A stretch of DNA of 64,000 nt from Candidatus Sysuiplasma jiujiangense (GCA_019721075.1 JAHEAD010000003.1:1-64000); one strand, 5' to 3'; numbered from the stretch's first letter, positions 41,136 through 51,407 are shown. Notes: generated from the letters alone by a model not told the origin. A program made the numbers and translations.

Positions 41136-42017
41136 GGCTTTGCTCCCAAAATACCGAAAATAGCTGAATTTAGGAACAGATGGGTTTCAGAGGGGAATTC
41201 CTTTCCAGCAAAAAGTATAAGGCTGCACTCGCAGTATTAGAATGTCCGGCATGGCAATTATGTCCTGAATTCGAGTTTTGTGGAGCAGTATGGTTCGGAG
41301 GCACAGTTTTGATTAGGGGCAACAGGAAAGCTTTGAAAGGCATTACGGTAGTTGTGGTCGTTCTCATTATGGTGGCCGGCATTTATGTAATCGGTTTCAC
41401 CGGCAGGAAGGGCACTGTCCATGTTATATATGCAAAGGGGCAGAAGCTGTACGGACTGAGCAACCTGCTTTCCGAATATGATATAATAGTAAACGTGACA
41501 GGCGGCAGCACGGTTGAAGGGACATGGTCATCACCATGGCACATAATGCCATCGATGGATCTGAATGCGTGGTTCACCGGCAATTCGACAAGTAACATTA
41601 AAGCCTATCCTATTATCAACAGGACCGGCCCTCGACTTGCCGCTCTTTCATTCAGGGAGGCGCCGCCACCGTCTGCCTTCCCGACCAATGGTTCTTTTGT
41701 AATCCGTATCACCTTCCTGAAGGATGGCCGGTTCACTATGTCGGGACATTATACATACATATTCAACCAGACCGTATTCTACAATGCAAGTCTCGCACTT
41801 CCGCCGATCGCATTGAAATACGGACTGCTGCTTGACTTCGTCTTCATTTATCCGACAAACAGCACGCTATCAACACCATACCTGCTCATCGCCAGGAATT
41901 TCATCATTATTTCAGGATAACCGCATGCAATGATGCCATTCTGGTCTGTTTGGCTTTGCCCCTGAAATACCAAACGCAGAGGGATTCAGGAGCAGAATGG
42001 GTTTTGGGGGCAAAGCC
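41136..42017 (+). mobile_element. MITE-bracketed composite cassette 1
   Basis: Related 66-bp units at 41136-41201 and 41952-42017; ends GGCTTTGC...GCAAAGCC; flanks TAAGTTGG/TTAGTTGG (8-bp TSD-like, one mismatch). Confidence 0.7.
41309..41920 (+). CDS. Membrane-anchored putative surface glycoprotein (paralog of 44117-44743)
   Basis: GGAGG then TTG start; N-terminal hydrophobic helix; many NxS/T sequons. Confidence 0.75.
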   Translation: MIRGNRKALKGITVVVVVLIMVAGIYVIGFTGRKGTVHVIYAKGQKLYGLSNLLSEYDIIVNVTGGSTVEGTWSSPWHIMPSMDLNAWFTGNSTSNIKAYPIINRTGPRLAALSFREAPPPSAFPTNGSFVIRITFLKDGRFTMSGHYTYIFNQTVFYNASLALPPIALKYGLLLDFVFIYPTNSTLSTPYLLIARNFIIISG

Positions 42018-42093
42018 TTAGTTGGGAAAAGAATATTAAGCAGAATGCTTGATGCATTGAGCAGAAAGCGTAAGCGCTACAGGCAACGGAAAG

Positions 42094-42360
42094 GTGAATA
42101 ATTTGGATAACACCAACTCCTCGTTTGACTTTACCGAGACGACATACGAAGTCCAGCGCAAACTGGAGGAGCGTTTCAGAAATGTCGGAAAGGGGAAGTA
42201 TGGCAGAATATTCAAGATGGCCAAGAAGCCGACAATGGATGAATATGTCAGGGTGGTCAAACTGGTCGCGCTTGGATTGATCCTGATTGGCGCCCTCGGG
42301 TTTCTGCTCTACTGGCTCTGGACCTACTTCCCGCATTACGTTCCGGGCCTGTTCGGCTGA
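42094..42360 (+). CDS. secE: Protein translocase SecE/Sec61-gamma
   Basis: KYGRIFKMAKKPTMDEY plus a TM helix. Confidence 0.92.
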   Translation: MNNLDNTNSSFDFTETTYEVQRKLEERFRNVGKGKYGRIFKMAKKPTMDEYVRVVKLVALGLILIGALGFLLYWLWTYFPHYVPGLFG

Positions 42361-42374
42361 AAGGGGTAATTGTT

Positions 42375-43241
42375 TTGACGTCATTTGATCTTGAATCGAA
42401 GATGACTGAAGGTCAGGGAGGAAAACACTTCAGGGTAGATACTGACAGCCCTGCAGAGGTTGTTGCTCCGATCGGTGTGCAGTCTGAATTCATTTACAGA
42501 ATTGAGGTGGAGAGCGAGAGCCAGTTTACAATAGAGGTCAAATCGGAGCTCAGTTCAGATGTGGAAGGTTCCCCCGAATGGCAGGTGAAGCTTTACCTGG
42601 ACGGCATACTGAAATGGGACAGTCTCACCAATCTTCCGAGCGTGTTTGAAGCGAAGCTCGGGCAGGGAAGGCATTTTGCAACCCTTCAGGTATCTGTTGC
42701 ATCCGGCGCCTCTTACGGTGACAGGACAGCGGTTTCGCTGACTGTATCCTCGAAGGGAATCACCGAAACAAGAAATTTCAGGGTGGCTGTGAGACCGTCA
42801 ATCCTGGCGGTGAAGGCGGCGATAGGACAGGAGAGAGAAGTTGCCGATTCCATAGCAGCAAAGGCGAAGACAGGGAATCTTGGCATCTATTCGGTTCTCC
42901 TGCCGTCCACAATAAGAGGATACGTTTTTCTCGAGGCGATGAACACAGACAAGATTGAAAATGCGGTGAGGGGAATAAGGAAATCGCATGGCCTCGTCAA
43001 GGGGGAGACATCGCTTGACGAAGTAAGTCATTTCCTGACGCCGAAGCCGACCGTCAGCGGTATTGTCGAAGGGGACATAGTCGAACTCATATCCGGACCG
43101 TTCAAGGGCGAAAAGGCAAGGGTGCAGCGTATCGACAACGCAAAGGAAGAGATAACGGTTGAACTTTTTGAAGCGGTGGTTCCCATACCGGTGACGGTAA
43201 GGGGAGACCATGTCAGGGTTCTTGAAAAGGAAAGGCAGTAA
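42375..43241 (+). CDS. spt5: Transcription elongation factor Spt5 with about 140-aa N-terminal extension
   Basis: NGN domain (GQE...RGYVFLE) and KOW (GDIVELISGPFKGEKARV). Confidence 0.93.
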   Translation: MTSFDLESKMTEGQGGKHFRVDTDSPAEVVAPIGVQSEFIYRIEVESESQFTIEVKSELSSDVEGSPEWQVKLYLDGILKWDSLTNLPSVFEAKLGQGRHFATLQVSVASGASYGDRTAVSLTVSSKGITETRNFRVAVRPSILAVKAAIGQEREVADSIAAKAKTGNLGIYSVLLPSTIRGYVFLEAMNTDKIENAVRGIRKSHGLVKGETSLDEVSHFLTPKPTVSGIVEGDIVELISGPFKGEKARVQRIDNAKEEITVELFEAVVPIPVTVRGDHVRVLEKERQ

Positions 43242-43265
43242 TTGTGCTATTTGAGGTAGAGCAAG

Positions 43266-43739
43266 ATGGCAGACAGAATAAATGTTCTGGTTGATGCAGG
43301 AAAGGCAACACCTGGTGCACCGCTGGGTCCGGCTCTCGGGCCGCTTGGCGTGAACGTGGTTAAAATCGTTGCAGAGATCAATGAGAAGACGAAGCAGTTC
43401 AGCGGAATGAAGGTGCCGGTAACAATTGAGATCAATGCGGACAAGACGTTTCAGGTTCAGGTGGGCACGCCTCCGACGACGGCCCTCATACTGAAAGAGA
43501 TAGGCGCAGAGAAGGGCTCTGGAAGTCCAAAAGGCACCAAGGTGGGAAATCTCTCACTTCCGCAAATTCTCAGGATAGCCGAAATGAAGAAAGAGGCGTC
43601 GCTCGGCTCTAGCACCAAGGCAAGGGTCAAGGAGGTTGTCGGCACATGCGTTTCGATAGGTGTCACGGTTGAAGGGAAGGAACCGAAGGCGATCATTGAC
43701 GAAATCAACTCCGGTTCATGGGACAGCAGGCTGAAATAG
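43266..43739 (+). CDS. rpl11: 50S ribosomal protein L11
   Basis: GKATPGAPLGPALGPLG. Confidence 0.98.
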   Translation: MADRINVLVDAGKATPGAPLGPALGPLGVNVVKIVAEINEKTKQFSGMKVPVTIEINADKTFQVQVGTPPTTALILKEIGAEKGSGSPKGTKVGNLSLPQILRIAEMKKEASLGSSTKARVKEVVGTCVSIGVTVEGKEPKAIIDEINSGSWDSRLK

Positions 43740-43902
43740 CACACACGCCGTTTAACCTGAGGTGTTCCGGCTTGCATGAAGCGGGGGAACGGAACAAATT
43801 GTATGTTCCATTTATCCCTGCAGGGGATGACCTCAATATTCAGGCATTATTTCATCGCCGGTAACGGCCCGGCTGGCTGTACCGACACGCACGGCTGACA
43901 GC

Positions 43903-43988
43903 CGGTCATATCCAAAAGATGCAAATCCGCAGAATTCGGTAAGGGGGCTTCCGACTTTGGGAGCAGAATACATTTCAGGAGCAAAGCC
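43903..43988 (+). repeat. Additional degenerate MITE-like unit
   Basis: Ends GGAGCAGAATACATTTCAGGAGCAAAGCC, 8 bp before the next unit; left boundary approximate. Confidence 0.55.
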
Positions 43989-43996
43989 GGTCACTT

Positions 43997-44958
43997 GGCT
44001 TTGCCCCTGAAAACCATACTACTCTTAAAATCAAGTTTTTGCTTCTAAATTCTGCCGTTTCTGAATCTTAGGAAAGAAATACTCGAAAACAGAGCACTGC
44101 ACTCACTACGATCTTCTCAGGAGCGAACGACAGCGAAAGCCTGAGTGACGTTAAGATAGGGTGTAGCAAAATTCGTCGTATTCATCCAGGCCGGGGCATA
44201 GACGAATACAAACGAAAAGAGGAGACCGTATTTGAGTTCGGCGTGCGGATATATTATATCCGGATTGAACCTGTAGACAGTCGGTCCTGCAAGTGTGCAG
44301 TAGCCTGACAGTCTGAAGCCCCCACCGGCAACAAAGGTAACAGTGATGCGAAACGATCCGTTTGTCGGATAGTATGACGGCGGCGGCGGAAAATGATTCG
44401 CAATCAATTCAACCTGTGCGGGCCCTGTGTGATTCACAAGCGGTACCACTTCAGGAGGACTGGTTGTGCTGTTTACAATCAGCGTATTTGGACCAGCATC
44501 TGGCATGATGTGCCAATCCGTGGACCATGCTCCTTCCACGGTTGAGTTCGAACTTATATTCACCACAAGGTTGTACGCGGAAGTCACCTGTGAGTTCAGC
44601 CCGTAGAGTTTGGTTTTCGCAGGATAGATTACCTCACTCTTTACGGCTGCAGGCTGGAGTCCTGCGTATATGACGACAGTGATCAGCATCGCGGAAACTG
44701 CTGCTGCGGCCAATATCAATATCGGTGACCTAACTCGCCCCATGCACCGTCACCTATCCGCCAAGCTGTTGCGAATATTTCCACTGTATTGTACCATGTC
44801 GTAATTGATTTGAAGGCACATGCATCATATAATAATGCCTGGATATGCTGTCTTCTACTTTTTGCTGGAAAAGACTTTCCCTCTCAAACCCATTCTGCTC
44901 TTAAAGTCAAAAATCTGCTCTTAAATTTTCTCCGTTTGGGTATTTCAGGAGCAAAGCA
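43997..44958 (-). mobile_element. MITE-bracketed composite cassette 2
   Basis: Units of about 86 bp at 43997-44082 and 44873-44958, homologous to the cassette 1 units. Confidence 0.65.
44117..44743 (-). CDS. Membrane-anchored putative surface glycoprotein
   Basis: Shares KLYGL, STVEGxWSxxWHIMP, PTNGSF, LKYGLL and TPYL with 41309-41920. Confidence 0.8.
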   Translation of the reverse strand: MGRVRSPILILAAAAVSAMLITVVIYAGLQPAAVKSEVIYPAKTKLYGLNSQVTSAYNLVVNISSNSTVEGAWSTDWHIMPDAGPNTLIVNSTTSPPEVVPLVNHTGPAQVELIANHFPPPPSYYPTNGSFRITVTFVAGGGFRLSGYCTLAGPTVYRFNPDIIYPHAELKYGLLFSFVFVYAPAWMNTTNFATPYLNVTQAFAVVRS

Positions 44959-45004
44959 GGCGACAGGCAAAGGTTTAAATTCATCCATTGCTAACCTCTT
45001 TTCA

Positions 45005-45037
45005 CTGTAGGAGAACCGAAGGTTCGCCGCACTACAG
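45005..45037 (+). promoter_or_regulatory. Putative L1-binding autoregulatory leader hairpin
   Basis: CUGUAG-GA-GAACC-GAA-GGUUC-GCCGCA-CUACAG directly before rpl1. Confidence 0.55.
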
Positions 45038-45688
45038 GTGTGTGATTGTCTGGCAAATGAAGAAACAGTTGAAGCTGTGAAGAAGGCACTCTCGTTAGCG
45101 CCGCAGAGGAAATTTGAGGAAAGCGTTGAGATTGCCATTAATTTGAAGGATGTTGATCTTTCAGTACCGAAGAACAGAATACAGGAGGACATCATTCTGC
45201 CCAGCGGCAGGGGAAAGGATGTCAGGGTATGTCTCTTCGGCGGGGCGGAGATGGCGCTGAAGGCAAAAAACGTGGCTGACCTGATCATATCTCCTGAGGA
45301 TTTCAACAGATACATGGATGACAAAAAGGTGGCAAAGAAACTCGCAAGGGACTACGACTATTTTGTTGCAGAGGCGCCGCTGATGGCCACCATCGGTAAA
45401 AGGATGGGAGTTGTCCTCGGCCCCAGAGGGAAGATACCGAAGCCGCTTCAGCCGGGCATTGATCCGGCACCGGCAATAACTACACTCAAGAAAACAACGA
45501 CTGTCCGGTCGAGGGAAAAGAGGACGTTCCAGACGCTTGTCGGAACGCGCAGGATGAAACCCGAGGAAATAGCCGAAAACGTGGATGCAGTACTGAACAG
45601 GGTCATCGGGAAGCTTGAAAAGGGGAAATTGAACCTCGATTCCGCATATGTCAAAACGACGATGGGGCCCGCCGTGAGAATAATGTAG
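45038..45688 (+). CDS. rpl1: 50S ribosomal protein L1
   Basis: RKFEESVEI, LGPRGKIP and YVKTTMGP; start may be CTG at 45050. Confidence 0.97.
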   Translation: MCDCLANEETVEAVKKALSLAPQRKFEESVEIAINLKDVDLSVPKNRIQEDIILPSGRGKDVRVCLFGGAEMALKAKNVADLIISPEDFNRYMDDKKVAKKLARDYDYFVAEAPLMATIGKRMGVVLGPRGKIPKPLQPGIDPAPAITTLKKTTTVRSREKRTFQTLVGTRRMKPEEIAENVDAVLNRVIGKLEKGKLNLDSAYVKTTMGPAVRIM

Positions 45689-45696
45689 GTGAAAAA

Positions 45697-46548
45697 ATGG
45701 CACATACCAGGGAGTGGAAGGAAAACAACCTCAGGGCGCTTTCCAGCACCATCAGAAATTCACGTGTTGTTGGCATCGCAAGCATCAGGGGGCTTCCTGC
45801 ATCGCAATTCCAGCAGATCAGAAAGAAGCTCTACGGCGTCGCTGAAATTCATGTTTCAAGAGGATCAATACTGAGACGCGCGATTGAGGACGCGGCAACC
45901 GAGAAGAAGGGCCTCAAAGAGCTTGAGAATGAAATATTCAATGACCAGACGGCAATAATTTCGTCGCAGGAAAATCCCTTCAAGCTCTTCAAAACACTTG
46001 AAAGAAACAAGACACCGCTGGCTGCCAGGGGCGGTGAAACAGCGCCATCCGATATCGAGATAAGGGCCGGAGAAACTTCTTTCAAGCCCGGGCCCATTGT
46101 AGGTGAACTACAGAAAGCTGGCATCCCTGCCGCAATAGAAGGCGGAAAAGTTGTCATAAAGAAGGACAAACTGCTTGTAAAGGCGGGGGAACAAATCTCG
46201 CCCGGCATTGCTTCGGCACTTACAAAACTTGAGATTTATCCATTGATAGCCGGCCTTGACGTGAAAGCAATATTCGAGAACGGGCTGGTATTCAGAAAGG
46301 ATGTTCTGAATGTGGATGATACAAAGACCATGCATGATATCGCAACAGCTTATTCCGGCGCGTTTGCGCTCGCGGTCAAAGGCAGGTATTTCACAGGCCA
46401 GACAGTCGCGTACCTTATCGGGGAAGCGCATGGCAATGCAGTCGGCCTTAGTCTTTCCGCAGGCATTCCAACGAAGGAAACAGTTGGCCTGCTGCTGGCC
46501 AGGGCTGCGTCCGAAGCCGTTGTGCTCAGGGATAAGACAGAAAAATGA
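45697..46548 (+). CDS. rpl10: 50S ribosomal protein L10 (P0)
   Basis: ENPFKL and GETSFKPGP. Confidence 0.97.
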   Translation: MAHTREWKENNLRALSSTIRNSRVVGIASIRGLPASQFQQIRKKLYGVAEIHVSRGSILRRAIEDAATEKKGLKELENEIFNDQTAIISSQENPFKLFKTLERNKTPLAARGGETAPSDIEIRAGETSFKPGPIVGELQKAGIPAAIEGGKVVIKKDKLLVKAGEQISPGIASALTKLEIYPLIAGLDVKAIFENGLVFRKDVLNVDDTKTMHDIATAYSGAFALAVKGRYFTGQTVAYLIGEAHGNAVGLSLSAGIPTKETVGLLLARAASEAVVLRDKTEK

Positions 46549-46586
46549 ATAAGTAACCTAAGAATTGATACGGAGAAGGATTTGAA

Positions 46587-46895
46587 ATGGAATACATATA
46601 CGGTGCTCTGCTTCTGCACAGTGCTGGAAAGGAAATAAACGAAGAAAGCGTATCGAACATAATAAAGGCGGCAGGCGTAGAACCTGACCCGGCCAGAGTG
46701 AAGGCTCTAACTGCCTCCCTGAGCGGAATCAACATAGAGGAAGCAATAAAGAGTGCGGCAGTATCCTCTGCGCCGGCACCTCAGCAGGCACACGCTCCAC
46801 AGGAGAAGAAGGAAGAGAAGAAGAAAGAGGAAAAGAAGGAAGAGGCGGTTTCGGAAGAAGAGGCTGCTGCCGGACTTGGCGCACTGTTCGGCTGA
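46587..46895 (+). CDS. rpl12: 50S ribosomal protein L12 (P1)
   Basis: [11 protein letters not shown]...GLGALFG. Confidence 0.98.
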   Translation: MEYIYGALLLHSAGKEINEESVSNIIKAAGVEPDPARVKALTASLSGINIEEAIKSAAVSSAPAPQQAHAPQEKKEEKKKEEKKEEAVSEEEAAAGLGALFG

Positions 46896-47136
46896 ATTCT
46901 GCGAATTCCTATCCGGCCGATATGCTTTCCTCTCTGCACGATTAGCTCATGCTCTTCCGGCAATAGCAGGGGCGGAGGAGCGCTTTTTTAAAGGCGGATT
47001 CGCGCCCCGCGCTTATGATTCTGCTCGAATGGAAATATGCATCCGAACAGGAACAAATACCCCCGGTCCCATATATTTTACAGATACATTTATATATGAG
47101 TGGCAAAGTGGTGGAATATAAACTTTTGGTGAACTG

Positions 47137-47415
47137 ATGCGTCTCCTCGGTGTGAGCAGGTGTGCCTCTTCGGCAGCACGTATTGTTGTTGAGGCAAAAT
47201 TTGTTCCTGATGAAAATCAGAATGTTTTCGACAGGCGGGGGAGAAGCATCGGATTCGTCAAAGAGATAATCGGAAGGGTTGATGCACCTTTCGTTTTGAT
47301 CAGCACACAGAAAAATTTCGGCACCGGAAATCTGAGCGGCCTTGAAGTGTATGTTGAGGAAAGTGTTACGAATGGCAAGAGCAAAGGAGACAAGGGAAGG
47401 AACAGAAGAAGTTGA
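47137..47415 (+). CDS. gar1: Gar1/Naf1 H/ACA RNP protein
   Basis: [15 protein letters not shown]; usual position upstream of tfb. Confidence 0.75.
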   Translation: MRLLGVSRCASSAARIVVEAKFVPDENQNVFDRRGRSIGFVKEIIGRVDAPFVLISTQKNFGTGNLSGLEVYVEESVTNGKSKGDKGRNRRS

Positions 47416-48313
47416 GAGATGCCCTGAATGCGGAAGCACCCATCTTGTGCGGGACTACGAGAGAGGGGAACTCATCTGCGAAGAGTGCGGACTCGTTATA
47501 GACGACCAGCTGATCGACCAGGGACCCGAGTGGAGGGCTTTCGACGTTGAGCAGGGAGAAAAAAGGGCGCGTACAGGAGCTCCGATGACTTACACCATTC
47601 ACGACAAGGGACTGTCGACGGAAATATCATGGAAAAACAAGGACAGCTACGGCAAAAGCATTCCCACAAGGAACAGAGCGCAGCTATACAGACTGAGAAA
47701 ATGGCAGCGAAGAATAAGAGTGAGCAATGCAACAGAGAGAAATCTGGCCTTCGCGCTCGGGGAGCTTGACAGGATGGCTTCAGCGATGGGGCTTCCCAGA
47801 AATGTCAGGGAAACAGCCGCAATGATCTACAGAAAGGCAGTGAACAACAATCTCATACGCGGCAGGAGCATTGAGGGAGTGGTCGCTGCATCGCTTTACG
47901 CAGCATGCAGGCAGTGCAATGTACCGAGAACGCTTGACGAAGTCGCAGGATCCAGCAGAGTCGGAAGAAAGGAAATCGGCAGAACATACAGATTCATGAC
48001 CAGGGAGCTGAAACTTAAGCTCATGCCGACTAAGCCTCAGGACTACGTGTCGAGGTTCTGCAGCGAGCTGAAACTTAGCGGTGATGTCCAGGCCAGAGCC
48101 ACTGAAATACTGAAAGAGGCGAGCAAAAGGGAGCTGACTTCGGGACGCGGGCCCACCGGTGTTGCCGCCGCTGCCATCTACATCTCATCCATAACGGCAA
48201 ATGAAAGACGGACACAGAGGGAAGTGGCAAACGTCGCAGGCGTTACGGAAGTCACCATAAGGAACAGGTACAAGGAACTCACGGAAAAACTCGGAATCGA
48301 AGTCGAATTGTGA
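47372..48313 (+). CDS. tfb: Transcription initiation factor IIB
   Basis: CPEC zinc ribbon, GPEWRAF and [10 protein letters not shown]. Confidence 0.98.
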   Translation: MARAKETREGTEEVERCPECGSTHLVRDYERGELICEECGLVIDDQLIDQGPEWRAFDVEQGEKRARTGAPMTYTIHDKGLSTEISWKNKDSYGKSIPTRNRAQLYRLRKWQRRIRVSNATERNLAFALGELDRMASAMGLPRNVRETAAMIYRKAVNNNLIRGRSIEGVVAASLYAACRQCNVPRTLDEVAGSSRVGRKEIGRTYRFMTRELKLKLMPTKPQDYVSRFCSELKLSGDVQARATEILKEASKRELTSGRGPTGVAAAAIYISSITANERRTQREVANVAGVTEVTIRNRYKELTEKLGIEVEL

Positions 48314-48322
48314 GTCCACAAG

Positions 48323-49387
48323 TCAGAGAACAAATCTCCTGAGTTCAAGATAGTCTACGGCCGAACCGCCGGTACGTGCGAAAAGTATCTCTTTCCTCAC
48401 ACCATGCGCTAGCCGTACAGTACCTGAAATGTCGGGCCAGGTTGATACGTAACCGGGGGGAACGGCAATGACCAGGTACTTCGCATGCGCCTTTTCCGGG
48501 TCATCGTCATACGCCCTGAAATGCGATCCGTACTTGAAGCCCGTCTTTACAATGAACCCCCTGCCTTTGAGATCCTCGTAAACTGAAACCTTCTGGCCGA
48601 ATGCAGGATCCAGTCTTTGAGACAGGTCCACAAGAGAGTTGAGCGGAACATGCCGCCCGGTCTTTGCGCTCGTAAGTCTCAGGCATTTTGCCGCCATCAG
48701 ATGGACAGCTTCTATAAGAGACAGCTGCAGCCCGCTGCCGAGTCTGTTACCGTAAAAGCCTTCGGCTCTCAGCGTGTCTGCGCCTTCGCCGTCTGGAATT
48801 ATTACCCTGTCGGACAACAGTATGCCGGAAAATTGGCGGGAAAGTTTTTCAGCAGCGTGTGCCCGGGGCTTCTGTGTCCTGATTCTGTAGTAGGTGATAT
48901 CGCCTTCCTCGTCCACAACTGACATGACAATCTCCTTTCCGGTGCCTTCGCTCCCCTTTGCGGCAGAAATAAGGAGGTCTATATCGAAAAGCTGCCGTTC
49001 GGATGCTACAATCACATAGGCTTCCGGAGATGCATTCTTGGGTGTGTCGCCCCTTCTGTAAAGGGTGAAATCAATTCCGTTTTCCTCATCCTCTGAAAGA
49101 TTGACGATTACGCCGCTCCGCCTCATGTCGCTGTATACAATATACCTGACTTCGAAATTCCTTATCCTCCTGGAAGCGTATGTTACAAGTTCACCGAAGC
49201 CCATTGCCCTGCCTCCGGGACCGGCGATATTCAGCCTTTCGCTCTCGAAGAGATACAGCGCCTCAAGCAGGTTCAGCTTGAGAGAGCCTCCGCTCTGCGG
49301 CTCGCCAAAGCAGCCCTTGTTGTGTATCCTGCTTGCTTCCGACTCATCCTTTATCAGTGCAGAGTCCTTCAGGAATGTCGCGACCAT
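48323..49387 (-). CDS. endA: tRNA-splicing endonuclease (two-unit, alpha2-size)
   Basis: KTGFKYGSHFRAY...HAKY...RLAHGVRK; duplicated unit. Confidence 0.93.
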   Translation of the reverse strand: MVATFLKDSALIKDESEASRIHNKGCFGEPQSGGSLKLNLLEALYLFESERLNIAGPGGRAMGFGELVTYASRRIRNFEVRYIVYSDMRRSGVIVNLSEDEENGIDFTLYRRGDTPKNASPEAYVIVASERQLFDIDLLISAAKGSEGTGKEIVMSVVDEEGDITYYRIRTQKPRAHAAEKLSRQFSGILLSDRVIIPDGEGADTLRAEGFYGNRLGSGLQLSLIEAVHLMAAKCLRLTSAKTGRHVPLNSLVDLSQRLDPAFGQKVSVYEDLKGRGFIVKTGFKYGSHFRAYDDDPEKAHAKYLVIAVPPGYVSTWPDISGTVRLAHGVRKEILFARTGGSAVDYLELRRFVL

Positions 49388-49484
49388 TGAAAGTGCAGTA
49401 CAGTGGTCACTGATAAATAGTCACTCCATAAGTTCCGGGCCGTGTGATGGAAACAAATTAAGCACCCATCGCTATACACCGGCT

Positions 49485-49766
49485 ATGGCACACGATCAGG
49501 TTGAAAAAATAACGGCTAAAATAATGCAGGAAGTACAGGAAGCTGAAAAAAAACTGAGGAAGAGTGTTAAAGAACTGGAGGGCCTGTCCAGAAAGTCTGT
49601 CAAACTGCTTGAAGGAGGGAAGCCGATAGCCGGAGACCTGATGTCACTGGCGGATGCGATCGCAAAGGATATTGAGAAGACTGCCCCCTTGCTGGCCAGA
49701 GATCTCATTGAAGCCGAAAAGAAGGTTGTGGAGAAGACAAGGGAAAAGATGCGCAGAAAGAAGTAG
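49485..49766 (+). CDS. Small helical hypothetical protein
   Basis: MAHDQVEKITAK... charged, coiled-coil-like. Confidence 0.6.
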   Translation: MAHDQVEKITAKIMQEVQEAEKKLRKSVKELEGLSRKSVKLLEGGKPIAGDLMSLADAIAKDIEKTAPLLARDLIEAEKKVVEKTREKMRRKK

Positions 49767-49780
49767 ACATCGTAACAGGG

Positions 49781-50128
49781 GTGAGTTTATTGACTGGAAA
49801 TACAGAAAAGAATGATCTGGAGAACGTGATGAGCTCGTATTACGGGAACGAGACCGTGACTGCAATAGTGCAGCTGAAGGTGGACACAAAGGAGGCGGAC
49901 ACCATTGCGATGACGGTCGCAAAGCATGAGGCAATTTTTGATGTTTTCATGGTTACAGGAGACGCGGATATAGTGGTCAAGGCGAAATTCACCAACTATT
50001 CGCATGTGAAGAAATTCCTTGTTGATACCCTGGGCTCGATCAAGGGCGTCAAGGAGCTGAAGACTATGATGGTGGTAACAGCATTCAAGGAAAACGGAAA
50101 AATGGAGGATATCGGCGCAGTAAGATGA
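49781..50128 (+). CDS. Stand-alone Lrp/AsnC ligand-binding domain
   Basis: VFMVTGDADIVVK...IKGVKELKT. Confidence 0.85.
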   Translation: MSLLTGNTEKNDLENVMSSYYGNETVTAIVQLKVDTKEADTIAMTVAKHEAIFDVFMVTGDADIVVKAKFTNYSHVKKFLVDTLGSIKGVKELKTMMVVTAFKENGKMEDIGAVR

Positions 50129-50315
50129 ACTGGCAGCTATCAGAAGCGGCAATTCACTTCACATATCGGACAGTTTGCCGGCCGTATTTCCCGCCCATGC
50201 CGGTATGGCAACAGATTTAAATAGGTTCAGTATGGGAAAGGCACTGCAGGGCAATGCAAAAGTAAAATAGATAATTCGGGTACAATGAGACTGCAGAAAC
50301 AGGACAGGATAAAAA

Positions 50316-50588
50316 ATGGTTGGTGAACTGATAATGTCGAACGAGGAGAGAATGAAGCAGATTATTGATGTTTTGAACCAGCTTGCGGAAGACACTTCAG
50401 TTCCGCGGAACATAAGGAAGGGGGCGACCGACGCAATAAACAAGCTCATGTCAAAAAATGAGGCGCTTGATGTCAGATCTGCAAGCGCAAACATCATACT
50501 GGACGAACTTGCAAACGATCCGAACATACCGCTGCATGGAAGGACAATTATCTGGAATATCATGAGCCAGCTGGAAACGCTGAAGTAA
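50316..50588 (+). CDS. UPF0147 family protein
   Basis: DTSVPRNIR and DPNIPLHGRTIIW. Confidence 0.93.
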   Translation: MVGELIMSNEERMKQIIDVLNQLAEDTSVPRNIRKGATDAINKLMSKNEALDVRSASANIILDELANDPNIPLHGRTIIWNIMSQLETLK

Positions 50589-50592
50589 ACCG

Positions 50593-50663
50593 GCGGCTGT
50601 AGTCTAGTGGTAGGACTGAAGCTTCCCAAGCTTCAAACTCGGGTTCGAATCCCGGCAGCCGCA
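50593..50663 (+). tRNA. tRNA-Gly(CCC)
   Basis: Acceptor GCGGCTG/CAGCCGC; GAAGC-TTCCCAA-GCTTC; GGTTCGAATCC. Confidence 0.97.
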
Positions 50664-50791
50664 CATTGTATTTCTGAGCACCAAACACGACCAGGTGACC
50701 GCGTCTCCACCCAAGTGGCTGAAGTGGGTTTGGACCTATAGCGGTGGTGGGTAGGGTCAATCTTTATAGCTTAATAAATTAATCTATATCC

Positions 50792-51022
50792 ATGGCAAAG
50801 CTAATCGCGATTTCGGAGGATGTGTACAACAGACTTAGCAAACTCAAGGAAAGGGAGAAATCAAGGTCATTCACAGCAGTCATATCTGAACTTCTAGAGG
50901 CTAAAGAGAGAGATATCACGGATCTGTTTGGCGCTTGGAAGATGAGTGAAAAGGAAGCATCCGAACTAAATAGGCGGATCAGAAAAGAGAGAAGAGAGTC
51001 GTTTTCGAGAAGTGGTTTATAA
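50792..51022 (+). CDS. vapB: VapB (DUF217-like) antitoxin
   Basis: MAKLIAISEDVYNRL...SFTAVI...FGAW. Confidence 0.9.
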   Translation: MAKLIAISEDVYNRLSKLKEREKSRSFTAVISELLEAKERDITDLFGAWKMSEKEASELNRRIRKERRESFSRSGL

Positions 51023-51023
51023 C

Positions 51024-51407
51024 ATGACAATTTTCGATACTAACATTGTTATTGACTATCTGAGGGGGAAGCAGCAAGCTTCGGAGATTATGGCGGATAA
51101 ACACTCCGAGATAGCAATTACAGTTATCACTGGTTACGAACTGCTCAAAGGTTACAGAACTAAGAAGGAAGAAACGACCGTCAACGAGTTATTAAACAGA
51201 GTCAGGATATACTGCATGGACAACAAGTCAATGCGCGTGTCAGGCAGCCTATACCGAGAATTGAAGAGCCGCAGAAAATTGAAGAATGAAGCGGATGTGT
51301 TGATTGCCGGCATTGTCCTGGCAAACAACGAAACTCTCATTACGGCAGACAGTGACTTCTCTGAACTTGAGGAAGCAATGGGTGAAAGCCTAATACTGCT
51401 GGAATAG
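51024..51407 (+). CDS. vapC: VapC PIN-domain toxin
   Basis: IFDTNIVIDYL...DVLIAG...LITADSDF. Confidence 0.92.
   Translation: MTIFDTNIVIDYLRGKQQASEIMADKHSEIAITVITGYELLKGYRTKKEETTVNELLNRVRIYCMDNKSMRVSGSLYRELKSRRKLKNEADVLIAGIVLANNETLITADSDFSELEEAMGESLILLE

Noticed and set aside
43776..43795. GGGAACGGAAC shared with about 41083-41093
   Set aside because: Both copies lie upstream of MITE units, but the match is too short to call
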